From the NCBI GenBank assembly GCA_041389025.1, contig JAWKSP010000002.1, forward strand, positions 21,246 through 85,245: a DNA stretch of 64,000 nt, in the 5' to 3' direction. The DNA is from Minisyncoccota bacterium. Its GTDB lineage: Bacteria; Patescibacteriota; Minisyncoccia; Phycocordibacterales; UBA918. The notes under the pieces are model-generated. The model saw only the letters and a list, made by a program, of their open reading frames with translations. It was not told where the DNA came from and made no database searches. The position numbers were made by a program, and so were the translations under genes. Positions within the stretch are counted from its first letter, which is position 1. Each line of letters opens with the position of its first letter. This document shows positions 27,437 to 37,872 of the stretch, in pieces.

Positions 27437-30091
27437 TTAATTACTTTTTAGGTATTTTTTTAGGTATTGGCCGGTAAAAGAATTTTTGCTATTAGCCACT
27501 TCTTCGGGCGTGCCTTTAGCCACTATTTGTCCACCATTTACACCACCTTCCGGTCCAATGTCAATAATGTAGTCAGATGACTTAATAAGGTCTAAATTAT
27601 GTTCAATTACCACCACTGTGTTTCCTTTGTTTACTAGCTTTTGTAGTATTTCAATTAATTTTCTAACATCATCATAATGTAAACCAACTGTTGGTTCATC
27701 TAATAGATAAATGGTCTTTTGCGTATGAGGCTTGTATAGTTCAGAAGCAATTTTTACTCTTTGAGCTTCCCCACCAGATAGTGTGGTAGCACTTTGGCCT
27801 AATTCCAAATAACCTAAACCAACTTCCAATAAAGTAAATAATCTTTCCTGAATAGCTGGTATATCAATAAAAAACTCATGAGCCTCCTCAATTGTCATAT
27901 TTAAAACTTCATAAATATTTTTTTTACGGTATGTGACCTCCAAGGTTTCCTTGGTAAATCTTTTTCCATCACAAACATCACAGGTTACATAAACGGTAGG
28001 TAAAAAGTGCATTTCTACAGCAATTTGCCCGTTTCCTTGACAGGCTTCACATCGTCCCCCTTTAACATTAAAACTAAACCTACCTGGTTTCCAGCCTCTA
28101 GCTCTAGCTTCACTGGTGGCAGCAAACATGTCACGAATATGAGTGAAGGCACCGGTATAAGTAGCTGGATTACTGCGTGGAGTTCGTCCGATTGGAGATT
28201 GATCAATTAAACATGAGCGCCCCAAGTATTCTGTACCGGTAAAACTTTTACAATTATAAGTATGTGGAGTTCTAAAACGTTTTTCTAATCGTGATTTTAG
28301 GTTTCTATCTACAATTTCATACATAAATGTTGATTTACCAGAACCGGACACACCAGTAATACAGACAAATTTTCCTAGTGGTAAATCAACATTTAAATTT
28401 TTTATATTATAAGCTTTTCCACCTCTTATTTTAAGCGAACCTTTCTCTGAAGTGCGTCTGTCCGGAATTTCGATTTTTTTAGTTCCGCGTAGATAATCAA
28501 GGGTCAAGGATTTTGATGAATTTGTTTTAGCAGATAGTAATTTTTCCAAATAATCTGCTACTACCACTTCCCCACCGTGTACACCGGCTTTGGGTCCAAT
28601 ATCAATTAAATAATCTGAGGCAAAAATTGTATCTTCATCGTGTTCAACTATTATGATTGTGTTACCTAAGTCTCTTAGTTCAGTCAAGGTTTTTATTAAT
28701 CGATCATTATCACGTTGGTGAAGCCCGATAGATGGTTCGTCCAACACATATAAAGCGCCAACCAAACCTGAACCCAATTGTGAAGCTAGTCTAATACGTT
28801 GTGCTTCACCCCCAGATAACGTGTTGGCACGCCGGTCTAAAGTTAGGTAATCAATACCAACATTTTCCATAAACTGTAATCTTTCTATAATTTCACGTAA
28901 GGCTGGCCAAGCAATATCTTGTTGCTTTTTGGTTAAATTTAGCTTTTCTATAAATAAAGAAGCTTCTTTGACGGTCATACTAGTAAATTGAACTATATTT
29001 ATTCCTAAATCATCTTTATTATTACCGCCTAAATAAACTCTTAAAGCTTCCGGACGCAATCTTGCGCCATTACAGCTAGAACAAGTCTCGTCTTGAAGAA
29101 CTCCAACCACACCAAGTCCGTTACACTCAGAACAGGCTCCATAAGGAGAATTAAAAGAAAAGAGTCTAGGTTCCACCTCCGGAAAAGAAGACCCGTCAAT
29201 TGGACAAATGAACTTTGCAGACAAGGTTCTTTCGCTACCGTCTGGACTTTCTATTTTGATTAAGCCACCAGATTCCTTAAGAGCCAACTCAACCGCTTCA
29301 GACAACCTTTCACGTGACCCTTTTGGATCATCGGTAAACTCACTAACGTAAATTTCATCAATTAGAATATCTATATCATGACGCTTGTTTTTGGTTAAAA
29401 CAATTTTTTCTCGCAACTGTTTGATTTCACCGTCAATTTTTACGGTTTCATAACCTTTGTTTAGCAAATCGTACAACAATTGGTAATATTCACCTTTACG
29501 ACCAACTACAATAGGAGAAAATACAACTACCCTACCCTTGGAAACTTCGATCCCCAGTACTTTTTGTGAGTTTTTCTTAGTTGCCTCCCTAACTTCTTTA
29601 GATTCAATTGATTTAAGTATAATTCCCAAAATTTCATCTTGTGAAAGTTTTTGTATAGGAACGTCAACCTCAAGACAATATGGTTGTCCGACTCGTGCAT
29701 AAAGTATACGTAAATAATCGTAGATTTCGGTTATGGTAGCCACGGTCGAACGCGGATTTCTAGAAGCTGATTTTTGATCAATGGAAATAGCCGGGGAAAG
29801 CCCTGAAATTTCATCAACATCTGGTTTTTGTAATTTATTTAAAAACTGACGAGCGTACGGAGATAAAGATTCAACATAACGTCTTTGTCCCTCAGCAAAA
29901 ATAGTATCAAATGCCAAAGAAGATTTACCTGAACCAGATGGACCAGTAATAGCAATCATTTTACCTCGAGGCATTTCAACGTTAATATTTTTTAAATTAT
30001 GTGTGCGAGCACCACGAATAACTATCTTACTATCTGAAGAATTAATGTGTCCATCTTCCCATTTTGTAGTCGTTTTTTTGTTTGCTTTCAT
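27437..30091 (-). CDS. uvrA: Excinuclease ABC subunit A
   Basis: GARTHNLKN, two Walker A (GPSGSGKS, GVSGSGKS), LSGGEAQR twice, C-terminal Zn finger. Confidence 0.97.
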   Translation of the reverse strand: MKANKKTTTKWEDGHINSSDSKIVIRGARTHNLKNINVEMPRGKMIAITGPSGSGKSSLAFDTIFAEGQRRYVESLSPYARQFLNKLQKPDVDEISGLSPAISIDQKSASRNPRSTVATITEIYDYLRILYARVGQPYCLEVDVPIQKLSQDEILGIILKSIESKEVREATKKNSQKVLGIEVSKGRVVVFSPIVVGRKGEYYQLLYDLLNKGYETVKIDGEIKQLREKIVLTKNKRHDIDILIDEIYVSEFTDDPKGSRERLSEAVELALKESGGLIKIESPDGSERTLSAKFICPIDGSSFPEVEPRLFSFNSPYGACSECNGLGVVGVLQDETCSSCNGARLRPEALRVYLGGNNKDDLGINIVQFTSMTVKEASLFIEKLNLTKKQQDIAWPALREIIERLQFMENVGIDYLTLDRRANTLSGGEAQRIRLASQLGSGLVGALYVLDEPSIGLHQRDNDRLIKTLTELRDLGNTIIIVEHDEDTIFASDYLIDIGPKAGVHGGEVVVADYLEKLLSAKTNSSKSLTLDYLRGTKKIEIPDRRTSEKGSLKIRGGKAYNIKNLNVDLPLGKFVCITGVSGSGKSTFMYEIVDRNLKSRLEKRFRTPHTYNCKSFTGTEYLGRSCLIDQSPIGRTPRSNPATYTGAFTHIRDMFAATSEARARGWKPGRFSFNVKGGRCEACQGNGQIAVEMHFLPTVYVTCDVCDGKRFTKETLEVTYRKKNIYEVLNMTIEEAHEFFIDIPAIQERLFTLLEVGLGYLELGQSATTLSGGEAQRVKIASELYKPHTQKTIYLLDEPTVGLHYDDVRKLIEILQKLVNKGNTVVVIEHNLDLIKSSDYIIDIGPEGGVNGGQIVAKGTPEEVANSKNSFTGQYLKKYLKSN

Positions 30092-30139
30092 AAGATAAAA
30101 ACCGAGTATTCAGTATAAGCATTTTATCGATAGATGCAA

Positions 30140-30976
30140 TTATTTTTTTGCTAACGGACAATCATGCTTACTTAATATAAGTGCAACCAAGTCGTTTAAA
30201 TTAGTAGTGGCTTTTATCAAAAAGTCATCGGCTTTTAGTTTACTGGCGATTTCTCTATCTCGAGGCGTATCTTTATTAGAAAAAACGATGACGGGTAACT
30301 TAGAAAAAGTTTCGTCATCGCGTATTTCTTTTAAAACATCCAAACCATTTTTACCCGGCAACATGATGTCAAGTAGGATCAGGGTTGGTGTATATTCTCT
30401 GAGTATTTGAAAGGCATCTAGTCCATTGTGGCAAAATTTAAAGGGTATTTTACTCTTGGTTAATTTTATAGAAAGCATGTCTCTTAGTAAGGGATCATCT
30501 TCAAAAATTAAAATACGCATTTCAATGTTATTTTTTTCTTTTATTGGTAACTTTTTACTTTCTGTAATATCAATGTAGCTTTCACTTTTTTTTGGATTAT
30601 TATTTTCTAATATTGATTTTTCAGCAATTTCCAATAAATCAGAAAAATTAAGATTTTCTTTGTTTGTAGAATATTTGTAATTTAAATCAATTTTATCATT
30701 AGAAGTATTTGCTATAACTAAAATAACCGGTATTCGGTTTGCGGTTAGATTGTTTAAATCAGTTACTAATTCTTTGTCGTTGTTTACAGTACATTCAACA
30801 ATTACAAAATCTGGTTTTAGACTCTTTATATCTTCAATGCCATCTTTAACAGTTTTTGAAGCTACGACTTCAACACCCGCAAAAGAAAGAGTCTTTTCGA
30901 CGGTATTTAGAAAACCAAGATCAGTACCTAAAATTAGGGCTTTCTTTCCAAGTAAAGTTTTTCTTTCTTGTGTCAT
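30140..30976 (-). CDS. Response regulator receiver protein (degenerate plus canonical REC, no output domain)
   Basis: C-terminal ILIFEDD, LLDIMLPGKNG, VFSN, FLIK; N-terminal REC-like region lacks the acidic pocket. Confidence 0.8.
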   Translation of the reverse strand: MTQERKTLLGKKALILGTDLGFLNTVEKTLSFAGVEVVASKTVKDGIEDIKSLKPDFVIVECTVNNDKELVTDLNNLTANRIPVILVIANTSNDKIDLNYKYSTNKENLNFSDLLEIAEKSILENNNPKKSESYIDITESKKLPIKEKNNIEMRILIFEDDPLLRDMLSIKLTKSKIPFKFCHNGLDAFQILREYTPTLILLDIMLPGKNGLDVLKEIRDDETFSKLPVIVFSNKDTPRDREIASKLKADDFLIKATTNLNDLVALILSKHDCPLAKK

Positions 30977-31048
30977 AACATGTATTTAAACAAACACCTC
31001 AACATTATGACATAAATTTTGTTTTAAAATCATTTTTAATTGACAGTT

Positions 31049-33073
31049 TTACTTATTGAATTGTTTTTCTAAAATTTTAATTTCATCTCTTAGAATAGCA
31101 GCGGTTTCAAAATCCAATACTTCTACCGCTTCCTCCATTTGCTTCCGTTTATCTTTCAGCATCTTTTTAGGGTTTTTAGTAAATAATTCCATATCAATTT
31201 TTAGTAAATTGTCTACTGTTTTCTCATGTTCTGTTCTTAATTGATCAGCGATGGATTTGATTTCTCTAGAAACTGTTTTAGGAGTTATGTTGTGCTTTTT
31301 ATTGTAATCTAGCTGTTTTTTACGTCGCCTTTCCGTCTCATCAATTGCGGTTCTTAATGACGGTGTAATTTCGTCAGCATAAAGTATTACACGCCCATTT
31401 ACATTTCTGGCTGCACGACCGATAGTTTGAATTAAAGCCGTTTCGTTTCGTAAAAAACCTTCTTTATCAGCATCAAGAATAGCTACCAGTTCAACCTCCG
31501 GTAGATCTAAGCCTTCCCTAAGCAAATTTACTCCAACTAAACAATCAAATTTGCCTTTTCTAAATTCTGTTAAAATTTCAATCCTTTCTAAAGTATCAAC
31601 ATCACTATGAATGTATTTAGTTTTTATGGATTTTTCCGACAGAAAATCTGTTAGATCTTCAGCCATTTTTTTGGTTAAAGTAGTTACCAATACTCGAACA
31701 TCATTACTAATGGTTTTTTCTGCTTCTTTAATAAAATCCTTTATTTGACCGTCGTATTTTTTTGTGGCAGTTATTTTTCGAACATCAATTTTTGGATCTA
31801 ATAAACCAGTTGGTCGAATCACTTGTTCAACCATTTTTACGTTAGTTTCTTGGACCTGTTTGTGTTCATAGCGCCCAGGAGTAGCAGAGGTGTAGATTCG
31901 CTGACCGACTTTGGTTTCAAATTCAGCAAATTTTAGCGGTCTATTATCAAAAGCACTTGGTAATCTAAAACCATGTTCAATTAAAGTTTCCTTTCGTGAA
32001 CGATCGCCAGCATACATACCGTTTAATTGTGGTATGGTTACATGTGATTCATCTATAACGGTTAAAAAATCCGGTTTTCCATCTGATGTGTGCGGAAAAT
32101 ACGATAATAAAGTATACGGCGCTTCTCCTGTCTGCCTTCGATCAAAGTGCCTTGAATAGTTCTCAATTCCGTTACAGTAACCAATTTCACGAATTAAAGC
32201 GAGATCGTGTTCGGTTCGTCGTCGCAATCTTTCAGCTTCTAAAATTTTACCTTCTTTTTTAAAGTAATCTAAACGATTTTTTAATTCATTTTTTATGTCA
32301 GTTACAGCCTGTTTCTTCTCTTTTTCTGGAGTCACAAAATGTTTGGCTGGAAATAAGAAAAAAACGTCTGGTTCAGCAACTATACTTCTCGTAATAGCAT
32401 CTATAGTGGTAATTGAACTCACTCGATTGCCGGAAAAACCAATTCTATATATAAGTTTTTCGTTGGTTGGCATAACTTCTATCTGGTTACCAACAGCCCT
32501 AAACTTAGCCGGACTAAGGTCGACATTAGTTCTTTCAAACTGCATATCAATCAAAAGTCGCAACATTTCAGTTCTAGTTACTTCAAACCCTTTTTCAATT
32601 TTTAAGTGTTTCTTTAAATATTCTTTTGGCGAACCAAGACCATAAATACACGAAACAGAAGCCACTATTATCACGTCCGAACGTGTGAGTAAGGCTTGAG
32701 TAGAGGCATGTCTTAATCGGTCAATTTCTTCATTTATTTGTGCTTCTTTTTCAATATATGTATCACTGGTTGGCATATAGGCTTCTGGTTGGTAGTAGTC
32801 ATAATATGAAACAAAATAATGAACAGCATTATCAGGAAAAAAATCACGATATTCTTGGGCTAATTGTGCAGCTAAGGTCTTATTGTGAGCAATCACCAGT
32901 GTTGGTTTTTGAATTTTTTCTATTATGTTGGCAACAGTAAACGTTTTACCAGAACCGGTTACCCCCAATAAGGTTTGGTGTTTATATCCTTTTTTTAATC
33001 CAGACACTAAACTTTTAATAGCTTCAGGTTGATCACCAGCTGGTTTTTTATTGGTTTTTAGTTTGAATTTCAT
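31049..33073 (-). CDS. uvrB: Excinuclease ABC subunit B
   Basis: GVTGSGKT, YYDYYQPEAY, DESH, NLLREGLD, QTIGRAARN, C-terminal UVR. Confidence 0.98.
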   Translation of the reverse strand: MKFKLKTNKKPAGDQPEAIKSLVSGLKKGYKHQTLLGVTGSGKTFTVANIIEKIQKPTLVIAHNKTLAAQLAQEYRDFFPDNAVHYFVSYYDYYQPEAYMPTSDTYIEKEAQINEEIDRLRHASTQALLTRSDVIIVASVSCIYGLGSPKEYLKKHLKIEKGFEVTRTEMLRLLIDMQFERTNVDLSPAKFRAVGNQIEVMPTNEKLIYRIGFSGNRVSSITTIDAITRSIVAEPDVFFLFPAKHFVTPEKEKKQAVTDIKNELKNRLDYFKKEGKILEAERLRRRTEHDLALIREIGYCNGIENYSRHFDRRQTGEAPYTLLSYFPHTSDGKPDFLTVIDESHVTIPQLNGMYAGDRSRKETLIEHGFRLPSAFDNRPLKFAEFETKVGQRIYTSATPGRYEHKQVQETNVKMVEQVIRPTGLLDPKIDVRKITATKKYDGQIKDFIKEAEKTISNDVRVLVTTLTKKMAEDLTDFLSEKSIKTKYIHSDVDTLERIEILTEFRKGKFDCLVGVNLLREGLDLPEVELVAILDADKEGFLRNETALIQTIGRAARNVNGRVILYADEITPSLRTAIDETERRRKKQLDYNKKHNITPKTVSREIKSIADQLRTEHEKTVDNLLKIDMELFTKNPKKMLKDKRKQMEEAVEVLDFETAAILRDEIKILEKQFNK

Positions 33074-33099
33074 GCTTATAAAGGAGTATAGCCTATACT

Positions 33100-34338
33100 T
33101 TAGTTTTGCAAAAGTTGTAGTCTTAAATGTTCGGTAAAACTAACGATGGTATGTAAATTGTGTATAGAGGCCAAGTGTCCGGCTAACATTTCGTTGGCTT
33201 TAAATAAATGAGCTAGATAAGCTTTGGAATAATTGTTAGCCACATATCCATCATCAAATTCATCGACTGATGACAGGTCTTTTTGATATTTGTTGTTTTT
33301 AATATTTATTTTTTCTATTTCTGGATAAGAAAGTGTGCCACACTCAGTTGTTTTGATTTTTCCAGTTTTTACATAAATTGAACCGGTTCTAGCCAGCCTT
33401 GTAGGATTAACACAGTCAAAGGTGTCGCAACCATTTAAAACCCCTAACACAATGTCTTCTGGCTCACCAATACCTAGCAAATGACGAGGTTTTTCTTCTG
33501 GTAAGGTTTGGTTAACTACTTTAAGGGAGTCAAAGAGATCACTTTTAGAAAAGCTACCGCCAATTCCAAAACCATCAAAGTCCATTGCAGATAATGTTTC
33601 AGCACTTTTTTTTCTTAAATCTAAAAAACGACCACCCTGCACCACTCCATATAAACCCTGTTTTTTTAAGGCTTGATAATTTTGTTTATGGGCCAAAATA
33701 CTACGTTTAGCCCAGCGGTGAGTTCTCTCCATTGCTTCTGTTTGATAAGCATAATTGGCAGTTGGACTAGTGCATTCATCAAAAGCGATAATTATATCAG
33801 CTCCGATGTTGTGTTGTATTTCAATTGAACGCTCGGCAGTAAAACGGTGCATTGAGCCATCAATGTGAGAAGTAAAAGTCACCCCTTCCTCATCAATAAT
33901 ACATAATTTACCATGTTCCGTTGCCAATTCTTTGTTATATACGTTTATGCCACCTTCAACTACTTGATTGGTTGAGACTTCTGTAGCAAATTTTGTTACT
34001 CCTTTACCAAAAGCAGCGCCTAAAGAAAAAACTTGAAAACCGCCAGAATCAGTGATGGTTGGAGTTTTCCATTTGGTAAAATTATGTAAACCACCAGCTT
34101 CCGCAATAAGCTTCTCGCCAGGTTGTAAAAATAGATGATAAGTATTAGCTAAAGTAACTTGATTACCAACATAATTCGTCAAATCTTCTGCTTTTAGGCT
34201 CTTAACTGTACCTTTTGTGCCAACCACCACAAAAGCCGGTGTTTTTATATCTCCATTTGGAGTATTTATAACACCAGCTCTGGCCAAAGTATTTTTTGAC
34301 TTATTTTCTATTTTGAATTTAACAGGTTTTTCATTCAT
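33100..34338 (-). CDS. tgt: tRNA-guanine transglycosylase
   Basis: TPAF..VGT, LANTYHL, TDSGGFQVFSL, FDEC, VQGG, RHLLGIG, DTFDCV. Confidence 0.93.
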   Translation of the reverse strand: MNEKPVKFKIENKSKNTLARAGVINTPNGDIKTPAFVVVGTKGTVKSLKAEDLTNYVGNQVTLANTYHLFLQPGEKLIAEAGGLHNFTKWKTPTITDSGGFQVFSLGAAFGKGVTKFATEVSTNQVVEGGINVYNKELATEHGKLCIIDEEGVTFTSHIDGSMHRFTAERSIEIQHNIGADIIIAFDECTSPTANYAYQTEAMERTHRWAKRSILAHKQNYQALKKQGLYGVVQGGRFLDLRKKSAETLSAMDFDGFGIGGSFSKSDLFDSLKVVNQTLPEEKPRHLLGIGEPEDIVLGVLNGCDTFDCVNPTRLARTGSIYVKTGKIKTTECGTLSYPEIEKINIKNNKYQKDLSSVDEFDDGYVANNYSKAYLAHLFKANEMLAGHLASIHNLHTIVSFTEHLRLQLLQN

Positions 34339-34382
34339 AATAAAAACAACCCTAGGTAATATAAGGTCGTTTTAATGTTTAG

Positions 34383-34928
34383 CTAGTTTACTTCTAGTAG
34401 TTCAATTGCAAAAACTAAAGTTGAATTAGCAGGAATTGATGCAATTGATTGATTTCCATAACCTAGTTCTGGCGGAATAACCAATATCCTTTGTCCACCA
34501 ACCTTCATCCCGACCAACCCTTGTTCCCAACCCTTTATAACATCACCGCTGCCAACTTTAAAGGTGAACGGTTCTCCGCGTTTCCTTGAATTATCAAATT
34601 CTTCACCGCCAACTAAGGTGCCGATATAGTGAACAGTAACTTTGTCACCATTTTTGACAGGCTCTCCTGTCCCAATTACTATGTCGTCAACAACCAAATT
34701 TTTTATATTACCATCAGAGTCCGAAGCCTTTATAAAAGCCTGTGTTCTTTCGTTTTGTTCATCAACTCCCTCATTAACCACCACTACTCCTCCTTGCGAG
34801 ACCGCCGCTGTTTGAGAAGAATTCTCTTCAGTGACAAAAACAGAGTTTTCTACCCTAACCAAGTACAAAGCTAATGCCATGAAAAGCACACTAACTCCAA
34901 TCCCAATCATTTCAAATTTACTTATCAT
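34383..34928 (-). CDS. Membrane-anchored FKBP-type peptidyl-prolyl isomerase
   Basis: VHYIGTL, FDNS, VIKGWEQG, IPPELGYG, IPANSTLVFAIELL; N-terminal TM. Confidence 0.95.
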   Translation of the reverse strand: MISKFEMIGIGVSVLFMALALYLVRVENSVFVTEENSSQTAAVSQGGVVVVNEGVDEQNERTQAFIKASDSDGNIKNLVVDDIVIGTGEPVKNGDKVTVHYIGTLVGGEEFDNSRKRGEPFTFKVGSGDVIKGWEQGLVGMKVGGQRILVIPPELGYGNQSIASIPANSTLVFAIELLEVN

Positions 34929-34939
34929 AATTTATTTAT

Positions 34940-36064
34940 TTATATCGCCATAATAACTGTTTTTTGTGAAGTTGCAAGATTTTTATCAAGAATTATTTGA
35001 CTATTAAGAATTTGAGTCTTTAAGTCTTTGTTACTATTAGCTGAAAGTTGTTGTAAAAAAACATTTTTTTGCGATAATTTCATTAAATTTGGTTGAGATA
35101 GATTCGTTGAGTTATCAACTGGTAACAAATCAATTAAAAACTCATTATTTGAATTTTTACTAATTTCCAGTACCAAACCTGTTTGTACAGTGGTATCAAA
35201 ATACTGGTCGAAAATAAAATTTCCTAATGAGTAAAATACCAGTTTGTCATTAATTATTTCAATTGGTTGTACTACATGTGGATGATGTCCAACAATCATA
35301 TCAGCACCGATTTCTACAAGGTATGTAGCTAAATTTCGTTGTTCATTACTGTTTTCTAGTTCATACTCATTTCCCCAATGAATGTAAACAATTTGTAAAT
35401 CACTATAATTGTTAATCCAGTTAAAAAGTTTATTTACATCACTTCTATTTAAGTTACCATAGGTATCATTTAGACCCACTAAAGCGATTCGACTTTTATC
35501 TAAATTTAAAAAATTAACCGACGATATTTCAGATTTATTAGGATTGCCGAAGACTGAGATATTTTGATTTTCAAGCATGAAAATCGTGTTTTTATAACCG
35601 GATAGTCCAAAATCATAAGAGTGATTATTGGCTAAAGATAAGTGTGTAAAACCATACCTAGATAAAATTTCTGTGTAATTTTTATTAACTGAAAAGTTTA
35701 AATGGTTATTTTTAGTTGGTTTATGAAATATCGGTATGCTGGCCTCAAAATTTCCAACCAAATAGCTATTTTTCTTAAAAAGAGAGGTGAAATTTTTAAA
35801 AGGATAATCATCACCTTCTCTTTTCATTAAGGTTTCTACATGCCGAGCTAACATTACATCACCAACAAAAAATATTTTGTCTGACTTCTCTTCTTTTTTG
35901 CTTAAAATAAAATCAGTTTCTTGTAAGTAAATAGACGCTCCATAACTTGTACTTGGCCAAATCAAATGTGAGAAGTTATTAAAATCAAAAGTTTTTAAAT
36001 TAAAAATTATAATAAATAGTGTTAAAATACCTATAGAAAACCTAAGAGTAGTCAACGGTACCAT
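34940..36064 (-). CDS. CapA family metallophosphatase
   Basis: VGDVML, GNFE, LANNHSYD, HWGNEY, GHHPHV, YSLGNFIFDQ. Confidence 0.9.
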   Translation of the reverse strand: MVPLTTLRFSIGILTLFIIIFNLKTFDFNNFSHLIWPSTSYGASIYLQETDFILSKKEEKSDKIFFVGDVMLARHVETLMKREGDDYPFKNFTSLFKKNSYLVGNFEASIPIFHKPTKNNHLNFSVNKNYTEILSRYGFTHLSLANNHSYDFGLSGYKNTIFMLENQNISVFGNPNKSEISSVNFLNLDKSRIALVGLNDTYGNLNRSDVNKLFNWINNYSDLQIVYIHWGNEYELENSNEQRNLATYLVEIGADMIVGHHPHVVQPIEIINDKLVFYSLGNFIFDQYFDTTVQTGLVLEISKNSNNEFLIDLLPVDNSTNLSQPNLMKLSQKNVFLQQLSANSNKDLKTQILNSQIILDKNLATSQKTVIMAI

Positions 36065-36067
36065 GCT

Positions 36068-36481
36068 TTAGTTATACAAAGTAGCGGCAGCTGGGTGGAA
36101 TATACCTATTTGGTAGTAATACATGGCAGCGGTAAATAAAAGAGTCGAAATGGCAACAATACCAAGTATTATTAAAATCATTCTAATATAACTTTTCTTT
36201 ATATCAATTTCTGGTTCAACTGAGTCTACGCTGATGTCAATATTTAAAAATTGAGAAATTTCTTTTGAGCTAAGGCTACCATCTTTTCTAAAAACCTTGT
36301 GTAAACCGTCTTCTTTATTAGACTTCTCTATCTTTTGACCTTTTAGTATCATTAAAGACTCTACTACATCGTTATCATTATAACCAGCCTTAGCTAACAC
36401 CGACTTTATATCAGCTTCAGCTGAAGTTGGTGTGAGACCATTAATTCTAATCAGTATTTCAATTTGTTTTTTATCAATCAT
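36068..36481 (-). CDS. Hypothetical protein with C-terminal TM
   Basis: 137-aa ORF tightly packed in the operon. Confidence 0.7.
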   Translation of the reverse strand: MIDKKQIEILIRINGLTPTSAEADIKSVLAKAGYNDNDVVESLMILKGQKIEKSNKEDGLHKVFRKDGSLSSKEISQFLNIDISVDSVEPEIDIKKSYIRMILIILGIVAISTLLFTAAMYYYQIGIFHPAAATLYN

Positions 36482-36485
36482 AATT

Positions 36486-37532
36486 TTATTGTTTTATTTC
36501 TTGCTGTTTACTTTTTACTATGTATTGATTGTAAATTTCTAATAATACAATAAATAATGTAACAATCACCGGTCCTACAATAAATCCGATAGGTCCGAAC
36601 ATCGATATTCCACCAAGTACAGATAGAAGCATTAAAAAAGGATGCATATTATTTCCTCGACTCATTAAATAAGGACCGATCATATTATCAACTACTACCA
36701 CTACTACTACAGCCCAAATCGCTAGTCCAATAGCGGCAAAGACTGAGCTGGTCATAAATAAGTAGATAACCGCCGGTATCATGATAGTAATAGTTCCGAT
36801 CCCTGGCAACATCGCTAATATTGCCGCAACCGCACCCCACAAAACAGCCCTTTCAATACCGAATATTGTAAAACCAATAGCTGCTAATAATCCTTGTAAA
36901 AAAGACACTAAAAGGACTCCGGTTGCGACCGAACGAACCGCTATAGCCAACCTAGAAAATATCACATAATCTTCTCTGTCAGGCAAAGGACTGATTTTTG
37001 CAATTACTGACAAAAGCTCTCTTCCGTCTTTGAAAAAATAAAATGAGCCAATTAAAGAGATTAGAATAACAAAAACAGTAGTTAATGTTCCGGCAAATAT
37101 AGAACCTAAACTTCCAACAAACCAACCAGCGCTTTGCCTCAATTGTTCGGTCAGGTTTATTTGAAACTCTGGTACATAAATAGATATTTTATCCTCTAGA
37201 GTTGTTAAATATTGTTCAATCGTTAAATTTTGATCTGAACCAAGTGTTTGGTAAAAGCTAATTAACTCTTTTAAAAATATAGTGGAAACAAAAAAGATTG
37301 GGATTACAATCAAAACCACCACTATAAGAGTGGTTATAAGGGCCGCCAAAGACTCGTTTTGGCGAGGTATGTACTTTTTAATAGCAGTATACATTGGATA
37401 GCAAATAGTTACTATTATTAAAGACAAAGCCAAGGCCGATACAAACGGAGAAAAAACTTGCCAGACCAAGTAACCGGAAGCAACAAGAAGTAAAAAGAAG
37501 AAAACGTATTCTACTATTCGTGCAATTGACAT
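36486..37532 (-). CDS. AI-2E family transporter
   Basis: Multi-TM; FYFFKDG, VDNMIGPYL, MHP..LSVLGG..FGPIGFIVGP. Confidence 0.9.
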   Translation of the reverse strand: MSIARIVEYVFFFLLLVASGYLVWQVFSPFVSALALSLIIVTICYPMYTAIKKYIPRQNESLAALITTLIVVVLIVIPIFFVSTIFLKELISFYQTLGSDQNLTIEQYLTTLEDKISIYVPEFQINLTEQLRQSAGWFVGSLGSIFAGTLTTVFVILISLIGSFYFFKDGRELLSVIAKISPLPDREDYVIFSRLAIAVRSVATGVLLVSFLQGLLAAIGFTIFGIERAVLWGAVAAILAMLPGIGTITIMIPAVIYLFMTSSVFAAIGLAIWAVVVVVVVDNMIGPYLMSRGNNMHPFLMLLSVLGGISMFGPIGFIVGPVIVTLFIVLLEIYNQYIVKSKQQEIKQ

Positions 37533-37601
37533 AATTATTAATAATAACTATAGCAATAAAATAAAAAAAGAACTAGTGTAAAACTAGTCCTTTTATTATT
37601 C

Positions 37602-37757
37602 TTATATATTTTCCGGTAAATTATCACGAACCGAAACAGCAAACATTTCTAATGTTTTAAGACTTTCTGACGCTGTTTTGTCAAAAGCTGAAAATGTTAG
37701 ACTGAAAAAGTGTGACAATCCCCACAAAATTATTAAAAAACCAATTGCTTTAAACAT
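37602..37757 (-). CDS. Small (51 aa) membrane/secreted protein, below the ORF-track cutoff
   Basis: MFKAIGFLIILWGLSHFFSLTFSAFDKTASESLKTLEMFAVSVRDNLPENI; fills a gap between co-oriented genes. Confidence 0.6.
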   Translation of the reverse strand: MFKAIGFLIILWGLSHFFSLTFSAFDKTASESLKTLEMFAVSVRDNLPENI

Positions 37758-37872
37758 ATTTTTTAATTGCGAACCAGAATCTTTTTTCCAAAGACTCTGT
37801 TTAAAAACAGATGGTGCGCAAAGTGTTTAATGCAATATCTAACCAAAATTTAACATTTTAGAGGATATTATG

